Origin: Abditibacterium sp.
GTDB lineage: Bacteria > Armatimonadota > Abditibacteriia > Abditibacteriales > Abditibacteriaceae
Length of the DNA stretch: 64,000 bases
Reading direction: 5' to 3'
Assembly (NCBI GenBank): GCA_965199495.1
Contig: CBDASK010000003.1
Span: forward strand, 2,816,001 to 2,880,000
Below, piece after piece: positions 47,981 through 57,914 of this stretch. Below the pieces are notes generated by a model, which saw nothing but the letters and a program-made list of their open reading frames with translations, did no database searches and was not told where the DNA came from. A program made the position numbers and the translations under genes. Numbering within the stretch: the stretch's first letter is position 1; every line of letters begins with the position of its first letter.

Positions 47981-48931
47981 TTAAACAATGCCAAAGCGAT
48001 TTTTTGCCCACGCCACGCGCGCAATCGCATCTTCAACGCGCGCTTTATCCAACGTTCCGTCGTCCAAAGCGCGCTCGATGGCGCCCAAGGCTTGACGCGC
48101 TTTTTCGCTGTTGTGGCACCACAGCAACATATCGCAACCCGCACTTAACGCCTTAACCGCGATGGCTCCGGCGTCTTCGTTTAATGCTTTCATTTCCAAA
48201 TCGTCGGTGACGACCAAGCCGCGATAATTCATTTCGTCGCGCAAAAGTCCGGTAATTATCGGCGCGCTCAAACTGGCGGGCGTTCCGGTTTCGTCGAGAC
48301 AGGGCACGGAAATATGCCCGACCATAACCGAAGCCACGCCCGCTGCCATCGCGGCGCGAAACGGCATCAGATGCGGTTCGAGTTCCTCGCGCGTGCCCTC
48401 AAATGTCGGCAACGCGTGATGCGAATCCACGCCGACGCCGCCGTGACCGGGGAAATGTTTGGCGCATGCCAAAATGTTGGGTTGCGCGCCGCGCACGTAT
48501 TCGGCGGCCAAAACTCCGACGCGAATCGGATTGTCCGCATAGGCGCGCGCACCGATAACGGTGTCATCGGCGTGCGTGGGCACATCGCAAACCGGCGCGA
48601 AATTCCAGTTGATGCCCGCGCCGCGCAGTTCGGCGGCGGCGTTCATACCCGCCAGATTAACGGCGCGCGCGCCCTGTTGCCCGACTTCGCGCGCCGGAGG
48701 AATTTCGGCGAATCCATCTTTAAAACGTTGCACGCGCCCGCCTTCCTGATCGGTGCAAATCAGCGCCGAAATTTCTAATTGTTCATTGATTTGGCGCACT
48801 AAACGCCGCGTCTCGCCCGGCGTGGCTGCATTGCGGCCCATGAAAACTATGCCTCCGGGTTGCAATTCGCGCACGGCTTGGAGATCGTTATCGGCGGGCA
48901 AGCCGATAATGAGAAGTTGAGATAAATTCAT
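47981..48931 (-). CDS. nagZ: GH3 beta-N-acetylhexosaminidase
   Basis: DQEGGRV, NFAPVCD, KHFPGHG..DSH and TDDLEM. Confidence 0.9.
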   Translation of the reverse strand: MNLSQLLIIGLPADNDLQAVRELQPGGIVFMGRNAATPGETRRLVRQINEQLEISALICTDQEGGRVQRFKDGFAEIPPAREVGQQGARAVNLAGMNAAAELRGAGINWNFAPVCDVPTHADDTVIGARAYADNPIRVGVLAAEYVRGAQPNILACAKHFPGHGGVGVDSHHALPTFEGTREELEPHLMPFRAAMAAGVASVMVGHISVPCLDETGTPASLSAPIITGLLRDEMNYRGLVVTDDLEMKALNEDAGAIAVKALSAGCDMLLWCHNSEKARQALGAIERALDDGTLDKARVEDAIARVAWAKNRFGIV

Positions 48932-49491
48932 AATTTTTTAATCGCGGTTTCAAAGGCCAACGTTTGATAATCGTTGCCGTTTGCCCGCCATTCGTCCACG
49001 GTTTGCAAACCGATTTTGCGATGCGCGCTCATCGAAGCGACGTTTGCGACGTTGATGAAAGTCGCACCAAAATCGTAATCTTCGCCATAACGAGTTTTGA
49101 CGGCGCCCAACAACTGCGCCAAAAGTCCGCGCCCGCGAAACTCGCGCGCGACGCAAACCGGGCCATATTGAAACGAGTTTTCGACCGTCAGTTGCGCGTC
49201 GCCAAACGCGAGCGGAAAGCGGTCGGTTTGCGTGTGAAACAGCAGCCAGCGCGCGTAAAAATCCCAAGGCGCGGCCAAAACGTATCCGGCCAAGTCGTCG
49301 TTTTCTGCATCGCGCGCCGCCCAAACAGAACGCATTTCATAGAGATTTTCGAGATCAGCGCGCGTGATGTCAAGCGTCAGAAATCCGTCCGCCCGCGCGT
49401 CGGGCGCGATGCGCGTCGCGTGATTGAGCGCGTGCAATGCCAGCAGCGCATCGAAATCGGCGGGAGTCGCGAGTTCAATCGAGAAATTCAT
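48928..49491 (-). CDS. GNAT-family acetyltransferase
   Basis: YGPVCVAREFRGRGL; NVASMSAH. Confidence 0.82.
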   Translation of the reverse strand: MNFSIELATPADFDALLALHALNHATRIAPDARADGFLTLDITRADLENLYEMRSVWAARDAENDDLAGYVLAAPWDFYARWLLFHTQTDRFPLAFGDAQLTVENSFQYGPVCVAREFRGRGLLAQLLGAVKTRYGEDYDFGATFINVANVASMSAHRKIGLQTVDEWRANGNDYQTLAFETAIKKL

Positions 49492-50030
49492 CGGATGGGA
49501 AAAGCTAACATCGTATAAATCACATCCGCGAAAGGCAACGACGCGACGCGCGTGAAACCCAATTTGCGCTCGTGCGCCGCCAACGAGCGGGCGTTGCGAA
49601 CATCAACGAAACAGACGCCGAACTCACGCGTCGCGGCGTAACGCGCTTTGATGGCGCCGACGAGTTGAGGCAGAATGCCGCGCCCGCGCGCCGTGGTTGC
49701 GATGCACGCCGGGCCGTAAATAAACGAATTATCGGAAGTTATGGTTTGTTCACCGAACATTAATGGGAATTGTTCAAAAACCGCTTCGACGAAACGGCTG
49801 TTGGCGTAGAAATCCCATTCAATCGCGCAGGCATAAGCGACGACATCTTCGTCAATTTTGGCGACCCAAATCGCCCGTTGTGCGCACATTCGTTCCAGAG
49901 TTTCGCGGTCGAGTTGCGTGGTAACGAAACCATCGGCGAGTTGGTTTTCGGGCAAATTCGACAGATGAAACTGCGTTTGCAACGCGAGAATCGCGGCGAA
50001 ATCGTCGGGCTGGGCGAGTTGGATTTGCAT
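49488..50030 (-). CDS. GNAT-family acetyltransferase (paralogue of the adjacent gene)
   Basis: YGPACIATTARGRGI; NARSLAAH; start at ATG 50030 because the longer ORF runs through a REP. Confidence 0.82.
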   Translation of the reverse strand: MQIQLAQPDDFAAILALQTQFHLSNLPENQLADGFVTTQLDRETLERMCAQRAIWVAKIDEDVVAYACAIEWDFYANSRFVEAVFEQFPLMFGEQTITSDNSFIYGPACIATTARGRGILPQLVGAIKARYAATREFGVCFVDVRNARSLAAHERKLGFTRVASLPFADVIYTMLAFPIR

Positions 50031-50038
50031 AGAACATT

Positions 50039-50132
50039 CGTAGAGACGCCGATTTATCGCGTCTAAAACGTTGGCTTGCTTCAACGAAACGTTAATCCAA
50101 CGTTTTAGACGCGATAAATCGGCGTCTCTACG
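50039..50132. repeat. GTAG-type REP doublet, perfect 36-bp arms, 22-bp spacer
   Basis: 50039-50074 versus 50097-50132; the leuB TAG stop is supplied by the GTAG of the element. Confidence 0.93.
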
Positions 50133-51183
50133 CGAGATGCTTGATAACCGCTTCGCCCATTTCCTGCGTGGTGCAACTGGCGCCGCCCGCACATATATCT
50201 GCCGTGCGAAAACCGTCGTCGAGGGCGCTTTGCACGGCGTTTTCGATTTTCTGCGCCAAATCTTCGCGCTCAAAACTGTAACGCAGCATCATCGCCGCCG
50301 CCAAAATCGTGGCGAGCGGATTGACGATTCCTTTGCCCGCGATGTCGGGCGCGCTGCCGTGAACCGGCTCGAACATCGAAACGCCGCCCGGACAGAAATT
50401 CGCGCTGGGACTCATGCCCAGACTGCCGACAATCGCCGCCGCTTCGTCCGAAATAATATCGCCGAACATATTGTCGGTTACCAAAACGTCCCATTTCGCG
50501 GGCGATGGGTCTTGCAAAACCAACAGACACCACGAATCCACCAACTGCGACGAGGTTTTGATATTTGGATAATCGGCGGACATTTTCTCGAACTTGCGAC
50601 GCCAGAACAAACTCGCGCTCAAAACGTTGGCTTTGTCCACCGAAATCAAGCGATTGTCGCGCTTGGCGGCAAGTTCAAACGCCCACTTCAAAATGCGATT
50701 GACGCCGGTTTCGGTAAACAAATTGATGTCGGTGGCTGTGGTTTCGGTTAGGCCGCCCATGCGGGAATATAAACCTTCGGAGTTTTCGCGCACGATAACG
50801 AAATCCACGCCATCTTGGAGCAAATTATCTTTGAGCGGCGAGGCGTTCTCCAAACCGCGAAACAGTTTCACCGGACGAATATTGACGTATTGACCGAAAA
50901 TCTGGCGCAATGCCAAAATGCCGTCTCGCTCGACACGGCCCGCTTCGATGTCGGGACGGCCCATCGGGCCTTTGAGAACGGCGTCGCAGAGGTGCAGAAT
51001 GTCGAGCGACGATTGCGGCAAAACTTCGCCGGTTTCGAGAAAGGTCGCGCCGCCCACGGGCGCTTTAGTCCATTCAAAGTTGATGTCGGCGCCTTTGACG
51101 GCGGCCTCCAGAGCAGCCACGCCCCACGAGACGACTTCGGGGCCGACGCCGTCGCCTTCGACAATTCCAATTTTTAAATTCAT
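50128..51183 (-). CDS. leuB: 3-isopropylmalate dehydrogenase
   Basis: GDGVGPEV, VRENSEGLY, SVDKANV, NMFGDIISD and FEPVHGSAPDIAGK. Confidence 0.88.
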   Translation of the reverse strand: MNLKIGIVEGDGVGPEVVSWGVAALEAAVKGADINFEWTKAPVGGATFLETGEVLPQSSLDILHLCDAVLKGPMGRPDIEAGRVERDGILALRQIFGQYVNIRPVKLFRGLENASPLKDNLLQDGVDFVIVRENSEGLYSRMGGLTETTATDINLFTETGVNRILKWAFELAAKRDNRLISVDKANVLSASLFWRRKFEKMSADYPNIKTSSQLVDSWCLLVLQDPSPAKWDVLVTDNMFGDIISDEAAAIVGSLGMSPSANFCPGGVSMFEPVHGSAPDIAGKGIVNPLATILAAAMMLRYSFEREDLAQKIENAVQSALDDGFRTADICAGGASCTTQEMGEAVIKHLA

Positions 51184-51357
51184 ATTTTAAACTCGCCGCA
51201 CGTTTTATCGTCAGCGAAAGAGAGGGTTTAACCCAAGCCAAGCGAATTCGCAATTGACGTTCCTTGGCACAGGGCTTGCCTCTCAGGGGAAATAGACGCA
51301 GCAAATCGCGTTCAAATTTCAAAGTAAAAGTCACTTGTTTTCAAAGGAGGAAACATC

Positions 51358-51621
51358 ATGGGTTTGATAATCACAATTTTAGCGGGCGCACTCATCGGCT
51401 GGATCGCTTCAATAATCATGAAGACGAACGCTTCGATGGGCGCCATCGCTAACATCATTGCTGGCATCGTCGGCTCGGCGATTGGTGGCTTCATCGTTTC
51501 GGGCGGCAAAGGTCTGGGATCGGCGGGTTTCAATCCGATGCAGTTGATCGTTGGCATCGTCGGAGCCTGCATTTTGATCTTCGTGGTCAAATTGCTGATG
51601 GGCAGCAGAACAGCCGTCTAA
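51358..51621 (+). CDS. GlsB/YeaQ/YmgE transglycosylase-associated membrane protein
   Basis: GALIGWIAS, NIIAGIVGSAIGG and GIVGACIL; strong SD AAGGAGG. Confidence 0.92.
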   Translation: MGLIITILAGALIGWIASIIMKTNASMGAIANIIAGIVGSAIGGFIVSGGKGLGSAGFNPMQLIVGIVGACILIFVVKLLMGSRTAV

Positions 51622-51632
51622 CTTCAAAACTA

Positions 51633-51670
51633 AAAAAAGCCGCGTTCTTGCAAAAGATCGCGGCTTTTTC
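51633..51670 (+). terminator. Intrinsic terminator
   Basis: AAAAAGCCGCG..CGCGGCTTTTT just after the stop. Confidence 0.8.
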
Positions 51671-51772
51671 GCGTCTGCCATGTGCGATTTTCGGTTGCGA
51701 AATTAGTTAGCGTTTGCGGTAAAGCGGCAAAGATTCTAAAATTGAATTCACTTTTCCGATTTTCTTTTTAAT

Positions 51773-53821
51773 ATGGCCGCCTCTCCCGCACTTTCTTCTG
51801 TGCCCGCTCCCGAATCTCCGCTTGAAGCCGCCGACAAACGCGCGCGCGGCGTGACCGGGCGCGTGGTGCTGCTCAGCCTGTTTTTGGCGGCGATGTTTGG
51901 TTACATCGTGCCAACGGTAGATTATCGTTTCACCAACACGTTTTTAGGCGCGGCGCATTTGCCCGCCGGAGCCGTCGCCGTGTTGCTCTTGTTGTTGCTG
52001 GTGATTAATCCGCTACTCAAATTGGCTTCGGCGCGGGCGGCGCTGGGACGCAACGAGATTTTGACGGTTTATATTACCTGTCTATTTTCGGTTTTGGTGC
52101 CGGGACGCGGCGGCGAAAACTTCTTCATTCCCAACGTGCTGGCCTCGTTTTATTACGCGACGCGCGAAAACAAGTGGCTCGATTTTTTGGTGCCCTACAT
52201 CAAGCCGTGGATGACGCCCGCGCTCTCGCCCGACGGGCAAGTGCAAACCAAAGTCGTGGCCGATTGGTTTCAGGGCATACCGACTGGCCAGCCCATTCCG
52301 TGGGCGGCGTGGCTGGTGCCATTGGCGGCTTGGACGGCGATTATTTTCGCGCTTTACGCGATGCTCGGTTGTCTGGGCGTGATGGTGCGCGCGCAGTGGG
52401 CCGAGCGCGAGGCACTGGCGTTTCCCCTGCTCAAATTGCCGATGCAGATGACCGAAGACGTGGACAAACCCGGCGCGGGATTGGGCACGTTTTTCCGCAC
52501 GCCCGCGATGTGGATTGGCTTTAGCATCGCCGTGTTCATCGAAATGCTCAACGGTCTGCACCTCTATTTCCCCGATGTGCCCGCCGTGCCGCTTTCGCTG
52601 GGGACGGGCGCGCTCTTCACCGAAGCGCCGTGGAACCAAATCGGCGCCTTCGATATTCGCGTGTGGCCGCTCATGGTCGGCATTTCCTATCTCCTGACTT
52701 CGGAAGTTTCACTCTCGCTGTGGGCGTTTTTTCTGTTCCAAAAGTTACAACTGATTATCGCTTATTACATCGGTTATCAGCCCGCGAGTTTGCCTGAACC
52801 GGTGTGGACACGCGGGTTTTCCAAAAACTTCATCGTCTACCAACAGTTCGGGGCGATCATGGCCTACGGCATCATGGTTTTGTGGCTGGGGCGCGAACAT
52901 GGGCGCCATATTTTCCGCCGCGCCATCGGGCGCACCAAAGCCACGCCAGCAGAAGCAAGCGAGGCGCTTTCTTATCCGGTCGCGTTTTGGGGCTTTCTGC
53001 TCTCGTGGAGTTTCGTCATCGCATGGACGACGGCGGCGGGCGTTAGATTGGACATCGCCATCATGCTGTGGGCGATTTATCTGATCGTCGCCATCGGATT
53101 AACGCGTTTAGTTGTCGAGGCCGGACTGATTATGGTCAATACGGGCTGGATGACGCTGGGGCCGCTTTCGGGCTTAATCGGCAACGCCCTGCCTGCTTCG
53201 AGCGCGGTGCCTGCCGCGCTCATCAGCAACACGATGATGTTCGAGTTGCGCGGATTTCTGCTGCCGTCGTTCGTGCAGAGTTTTAAATTGGCGCACGACC
53301 GCAAAATCGCCGCGCGCCCGCTCATGGCTTTAATCACGGCGTGCATCGCGATTTCATTTGGCGTGGCGCTCTGGACAATCGTCAAGATGGGCTACGATTA
53401 TGGCGGCCTGACGCTGCAAGAATGGTGGGCGCGCGGCAACGGCGCGCAGGGGCCAGCCAAAAACGCCGCGCAACTGATTCGCGATTCGACCGAAGATTTA
53501 AAGCTCAATTGGGGCTGGACGGCGGTCGGCGTGGCTGTAACAATCGGATTAATGGCGGCGCGCGCACAATTCTCGTGGTTTCCGCTGCACCCGATTGGTT
53601 ACATTATTTTCACGCCATTCCCAATTGTCACGTTGTGGTTTTCGATTTTTCTGGGCTGGCTCGCCAAAACATTAATTATGAAATTCGGCAGCACCGAAGG
53701 CTACCGCGCCGCCTTGCCCGCGTTTTTGGGGTTGGCGCTGGGCAGCGTCACCATGATCATTTTCTGGCTGATTATAGATGGCTGGCAGGGTCGCACCGGA
53801 CATTCTCTGTTGCCGGTTTGA
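51773..53821 (+). CDS. Polytopic membrane protein, DUF6785/DUF6784 (OPT-like transporter) type
   Basis: Many TM helices; IPWAAW..PL, QWAEREALAFPL, WFPLHPIGY and FLGLALG. Confidence 0.75.
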   Translation: MAASPALSSVPAPESPLEAADKRARGVTGRVVLLSLFLAAMFGYIVPTVDYRFTNTFLGAAHLPAGAVAVLLLLLLVINPLLKLASARAALGRNEILTVYITCLFSVLVPGRGGENFFIPNVLASFYYATRENKWLDFLVPYIKPWMTPALSPDGQVQTKVVADWFQGIPTGQPIPWAAWLVPLAAWTAIIFALYAMLGCLGVMVRAQWAEREALAFPLLKLPMQMTEDVDKPGAGLGTFFRTPAMWIGFSIAVFIEMLNGLHLYFPDVPAVPLSLGTGALFTEAPWNQIGAFDIRVWPLMVGISYLLTSEVSLSLWAFFLFQKLQLIIAYYIGYQPASLPEPVWTRGFSKNFIVYQQFGAIMAYGIMVLWLGREHGRHIFRRAIGRTKATPAEASEALSYPVAFWGFLLSWSFVIAWTTAAGVRLDIAIMLWAIYLIVAIGLTRLVVEAGLIMVNTGWMTLGPLSGLIGNALPASSAVPAALISNTMMFELRGFLLPSFVQSFKLAHDRKIAARPLMALITACIAISFGVALWTIVKMGYDYGGLTLQEWWARGNGAQGPAKNAAQLIRDSTEDLKLNWGWTAVGVAVTIGLMAARAQFSWFPLHPIGYIIFTPFPIVTLWFSIFLGWLAKTLIMKFGSTEGYRAALPAFLGLALGSVTMIIFWLIIDGWQGRTGHSLLPV

Positions 53822-53834
53822 AGCAATTCATCGT

Positions 53835-54704
53835 TCACGGCAGGAAAATCGTCGCGCCTTTTTCATCGCGTTTCTTTCCGCTTACGGGTTCGGCGCGCTC
53901 TTCGATAATGGCGATGATTTGTGCTTTGGCCGCTTCGTAAGTCGGTTTTTGCGGCAGCAACCCGAACGTGCGACGCAGCCACGGGCCGCTGGCGTAGTAA
54001 GCGTCGTAATAAAACGCGGGCATTTCGCGCGAGGGAGCGAAGGTGCCATCGGCGTTGACATCGAGCGAACTCCAGCCGGATTCGATGCGAATTTTCGGTG
54101 TGTCCGCATCGGGTGCCATCACGTAAAATTCGTAAACGCGGCCCAAATACGGTTTCTCTTTGTCGCCCTCCAACGGCTTCAATTCCCAATACTCGAACGC
54201 CAAAACCTGAAGTTTATTTTTATCCGTGCCCACGAAAAATTGGTCGCGGCAATAGCGCGGCCCTTTGGTATAACCCGATTCATCTGCGCCGCTTTTGCGG
54301 AGCGCGAAAATCTGCACGCGCAATGTATCACGCAATTTGAAATCGCTCAACTCCTGCGCGGTCTGAACGCGTTTGGCGAGCAACGCGCCGTCTTTGGGTT
54401 CTTGCTTTTGCAATCGCTCGAAATAAATTTGTGCCGCTTTGAAATTGCCGGTAAAAAACGCCGCGCTCCCGCCGTTCCACAGCGACGACGGCTCATCCGG
54501 TTCCGACGCCAACACAACGCGATATTGCTTTAAGGCGGCAACGTAATCGCGTTTTTCCATCGCGGCATTGCCCGCCCGAAACGCGGCTTCGAGCGCCGCA
54601 TCGTTCGCCGTGGCTGCATTGGGCGTCGGAGCATCGGGCGCGGCGTAAGCGGCACCGCTCAGCAAAACGCAACTGAGAAAGAGTGGGCGCAAATATCGGT
54701 TCAT
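53835..54704 (-). CDS. Secreted TPR-containing protein
   Basis: Signal peptide; TPR-like helices (AGNAAMEKRDYVAALKQY..EPD; GNFKAAQIYFERL..EPKD). Confidence 0.75.
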   Translation of the reverse strand: MNRYLRPLFLSCVLLSGAAYAAPDAPTPNAATANDAALEAAFRAGNAAMEKRDYVAALKQYRVVLASEPDEPSSLWNGGSAAFFTGNFKAAQIYFERLQKQEPKDGALLAKRVQTAQELSDFKLRDTLRVQIFALRKSGADESGYTKGPRYCRDQFFVGTDKNKLQVLAFEYWELKPLEGDKEKPYLGRVYEFYVMAPDADTPKIRIESGWSSLDVNADGTFAPSREMPAFYYDAYYASGPWLRRTFGLLPQKPTYEAAKAQIIAIIEERAEPVSGKKRDEKGATIFLP

Positions 54705-54730
54705 GTTGGCGATAATTTTAACCGATTACA

Positions 54731-54774
54731 AAACAAAACGCGCACTTTTCCTATGAGAAGCGCGCGTTTTGTTT
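54731..54774 (-). terminator. Terminator after infB
   Basis: AAACAAAACGCGC..GCGCGTTTTGTTT hairpin 10 nt past the stop. Confidence 0.75.
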
Positions 54775-54783
54775 GGCTTCCAT

Positions 54784-57477
54784 TTAATCGTCCAAGGTGC
54801 GCTTGAGGCGCTTCATGGTGAAGCACTTCAAGCGGTCGCCTTCCTGAAAGCCGTTGAAGCCGTTGGTCGAAATGCCGCACTCTTGTCCGGCGGCCATCTC
54901 TTTGACTTCTTCCTTGAAGTGACGCAGCGAATCTACCTTGCCCTCGAACAACTGTTTCTGGTTGCGAAAGACGCGCATGATGTCGCCTTTGACGAACTTG
55001 CCTTCGAGAACCATGCAACCGGCGATGCCGCCCGCTTTGGTGGATTTGAACAACTGGCGAACTTCGGCTTCGCCCATGTAAATCTCCTCGAACATCGGCT
55101 TGAGCAGACCTTCGAGCGCCGCTTTTACGTCGTCAATGGCATCGTAAATGACATCGTAGTTGCGAATTTCGACTTTCTCGCGGTCGGCCAACTGCTTGGC
55201 CATCGGCGTGGCTCCGACGGCGAAGGCGATGATAAACGCCTCGGAAGCCGCCGCCAAATTGACATCGTTTTCCGTGACTTGGCCGACGCCGCGCGAGACG
55301 AATCTCACGCGAACTTCCTTGTGCGCCAAATCGTTGAGCGACGAGGCCAACGCCTCGACCGAACCCTGACCGTCGGCTTTGACGATCAAGTTCAAATCTT
55401 TCACGTCGCCTGCCTTGATTTTGTCGTACAAGTCGGCCATCGTGCGCATCGTCGCGGCGCCGCGCCCTTCGCGCGCCTGCGCCTCGAACGCCTCGGCGGC
55501 CTCGCGCGCTTCCTGCGGCGTTTCGTAGGCTTGCAACGAATCGGACGCGGAAGGCACGCCGTTCAGACCGGTGATGAAAACCGGAGTTTTCGGCCCGGCC
55601 TGATCCAAGGGTTCGCCCTTGTAATCGAGCATCTGGCGCACGCGACCATAGACTTCGCCGATTTGAATATCGTCGCCAATTTCCAAGTTGCCGCGATGCA
55701 GCAGCACAGTAGCCACGGCGCCCAAGTTTTGGTCTTGACGCGCCTCGATAACCGTGCCCGTCGCGTAACCTTCGGGGTTGGCCTTGAGTTCCTGAATTTC
55801 GGTGACCAGCAAAACGATGTCGAGCAAGTCGCTGACGCCCGCGCCGGTTTTGGCCGAAACCGGCACCACAACCGTATCGCCGCCGTAAGATTCCGGCACC
55901 AAACCGGCTTCGGCCAGTTGGCCGTAGATGCGGTCGGGATCGGAATCGGGCAAGTCGGTTTTGTTGAGCGCCACGATAATCGGCAGTTTGGCCGCGCGCG
56001 CGTGGTCAATCGCCTCGCGCGTCTGCGGCATCACGCCGTCGTTGGCGGCGACCACCAAAATCGCGATGTCGGTGACATGCGCACCGCGCGCCCTCATGCG
56101 CGTGAACGCCGCGTGACCGGGCGTGTCCAAAAACACCAAACGCTGACCGTTATGTTCGGTCTCGTAGGCGCCGATGCGTTGCGTAATGCCGCCCGCTTCG
56201 CCCGCCTGCACCTTGCCGCCGCGAATGCGGTCGAGCAAGCTGGTTTTGCCGTGGTCAACGTGGCCCATAACAACGACGACTGGCGGCACTTCGATCAAAT
56301 CGTCTTCGTTCTCGGCCTCGGAAACGTTGACTTCGGAGCGCGCCTCTTTGCGCTCGATGGTGAAGCCGAAACTCGTGGCGAGGTTGGAAGCCACGTCCAT
56401 TTCGAGCGGCGCGTTGGCCGCGCGCATCACGCCCATTTTAAAGAGAGCCTTGATGACTTCGTTGACCGGCTTGCGCATCTTCTTGGCGAGGTCGGCGACG
56501 GTAATTTCTCCCGTGACAACAATCGTCATATCGGCATCGGTCAACGGAAGTTCCTCGACGACTTCCTCGAAACGCTCTAAGCCGTGATTGGAACGACGAC
56601 CGCGATATTTGCCTTTGCGCGCATTGCGACGGTCGCGTCCGCCCGTGGCGAACGGGCTGTTATCCAAATTTTGCGGTTTGGGCGCGCCGCTCGCGGTCGT
56701 GCCACCCGCGCCGGGCACCGGCTGAGCCGGGCCGCGTCCGCCTTGGGCGCGACCGCCGCCGCCACGCGCCGGGCCACGCGCGCCGCCCGCACCTGCGGGC
56801 CGATTGCCCTGATAACCGCCGCCGGGCCGACCGCCGCCGGGCGCGCCGGGGCCGCGTCCGCCGCCACGCGGACGAGAATCGCCGCTATTATCCGAAGGCG
56901 GAGGCGCTGTGCGTCCGGTTGGAACCGGCGCCGCGCCCGCGCCGCCACGCGGCGGCATCGCGCGACCTTGCGGCGTGCCCTGCGGACGAGGCGCGCGACC
57001 ATCGTTGCCACGTCCATCGCTCGAACGAGGCGCGCGGCCATCGTTGCCGCGACCATCACTCGAACGCGGCGCGCGACCGTCGGCGCCACGACCATCGCTC
57101 GAACGCCCGTCGTTGGTGCGACCGGTAGGCGCGGTGCGTCCCGTGGGCGGAGCCACGGGCGCGACAGGCGCCGCCGCGACTGCCGCTGCGGGCGCGGGCA
57201 TCGAAGCCATCGAGTTGGCCGTGGCGGGCGCCGCAACCGGAGCGCTCGCGGGCGCCGTGGCTGCTGTTGGCGCGGGCGCGGATTGGGCGGTGGGCGTTTT
57301 GACGACGCCATCGGTTTTGTTGGCGACCAACTGGCGCAGCGACGCCGCCGCCATCGGTTCGACCGACGACGACGCGACTTTATTGGCCACGCCGATGGAG
57401 TTCAGCATGTCCAAAACTTCGCGCGGGCTAACCGACAATTCTTTCGCTATATCGTAAATTCTGACTTTAGTTGCCAT
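54784..57477 (-). CDS. infB: Translation initiation factor IF-2
   Basis: [38 protein letters not shown] and [11 protein letters not shown]. Confidence 0.98.
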   Translation of the reverse strand: MATKVRIYDIAKELSVSPREVLDMLNSIGVANKVASSSVEPMAAASLRQLVANKTDGVVKTPTAQSAPAPTAATAPASAPVAAPATANSMASMPAPAAAVAAAPVAPVAPPTGRTAPTGRTNDGRSSDGRGADGRAPRSSDGRGNDGRAPRSSDGRGNDGRAPRPQGTPQGRAMPPRGGAGAAPVPTGRTAPPPSDNSGDSRPRGGGRGPGAPGGGRPGGGYQGNRPAGAGGARGPARGGGGRAQGGRGPAQPVPGAGGTTASGAPKPQNLDNSPFATGGRDRRNARKGKYRGRRSNHGLERFEEVVEELPLTDADMTIVVTGEITVADLAKKMRKPVNEVIKALFKMGVMRAANAPLEMDVASNLATSFGFTIERKEARSEVNVSEAENEDDLIEVPPVVVVMGHVDHGKTSLLDRIRGGKVQAGEAGGITQRIGAYETEHNGQRLVFLDTPGHAAFTRMRARGAHVTDIAILVVAANDGVMPQTREAIDHARAAKLPIIVALNKTDLPDSDPDRIYGQLAEAGLVPESYGGDTVVVPVSAKTGAGVSDLLDIVLLVTEIQELKANPEGYATGTVIEARQDQNLGAVATVLLHRGNLEIGDDIQIGEVYGRVRQMLDYKGEPLDQAGPKTPVFITGLNGVPSASDSLQAYETPQEAREAAEAFEAQAREGRGAATMRTMADLYDKIKAGDVKDLNLIVKADGQGSVEALASSLNDLAHKEVRVRFVSRGVGQVTENDVNLAAASEAFIIAFAVGATPMAKQLADREKVEIRNYDVIYDAIDDVKAALEGLLKPMFEEIYMGEAEVRQLFKSTKAGGIAGCMVLEGKFVKGDIMRVFRNQKQLFEGKVDSLRHFKEEVKEMAAGQECGISTNGFNGFQEGDRLKCFTMKRLKRTLDD

Positions 57478-57508
57478 GAGGCATCACGTTCCTTTTGTGA
57501 CTCAAGAG

Positions 57509-57808
57509 TTAATTCATGTGTTGGCTCTCCTGAGAGGTTATGTTTATCGAAATCGCGGTTTCGATTTGTTCTTTAATCGTCGCATCGAGCGGCGTTTTGA
57601 GTTTCAGCGCGCGCTCGAAAGCGCGTTTTTTCCAAGCGGTTTTGGCGCAACCTAAATCGCGACACAGATAAGCGCCCCGTCCCAACGCCTTCAATTTTCC
57701 GGCATCGAGTTGGGGCGTTGCTCCGTCGCGGCTTGCAACGCGGAGCATTTCGCCGGGCGCTTTCACGCTGCGGCACGCGACGCAGGTGCGCTGGGGTTGG
57801 TGGGGCAT
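57509..57808 (-). CDS. ylxR: YlxR/DUF448 RNA-binding protein
   Basis: PQRTCVACR and GRGAYLC; lies between nusA and infB. Confidence 0.92.
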   Translation of the reverse strand: MPHQPQRTCVACRSVKAPGEMLRVASRDGATPQLDAGKLKALGRGAYLCRDLGCAKTAWKKRAFERALKLKTPLDATIKEQIETAISINITSQESQHMN

Positions 57809-57826
57809 TGCTGGGCTTACATCCCT

Positions 57827-57908
57827 TTTAGCGGGGCTGACGCCCTCTTCCAATCGGCGGTCTTTCGACGAACTTTGCTGATTGGAAGAGGGCGCCAGCC
57901 CCGCTAAA
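57827..57908. repeat. REP-like doublet, GCGGGGCTGAC..CTTCCAATC family
   Basis: Near-perfect arms of about 32 bp inside the nusA-ylxR intergenic region. Confidence 0.9.
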
Positions 57909-57914
57909 TTTCCA

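Noticed and set aside
50031..50273. N-terminal extension of the GNAT ORF
   Set aside because: It runs through a GTAG REP doublet and overlaps leuB; paralogue alignment supports the start at 50030.
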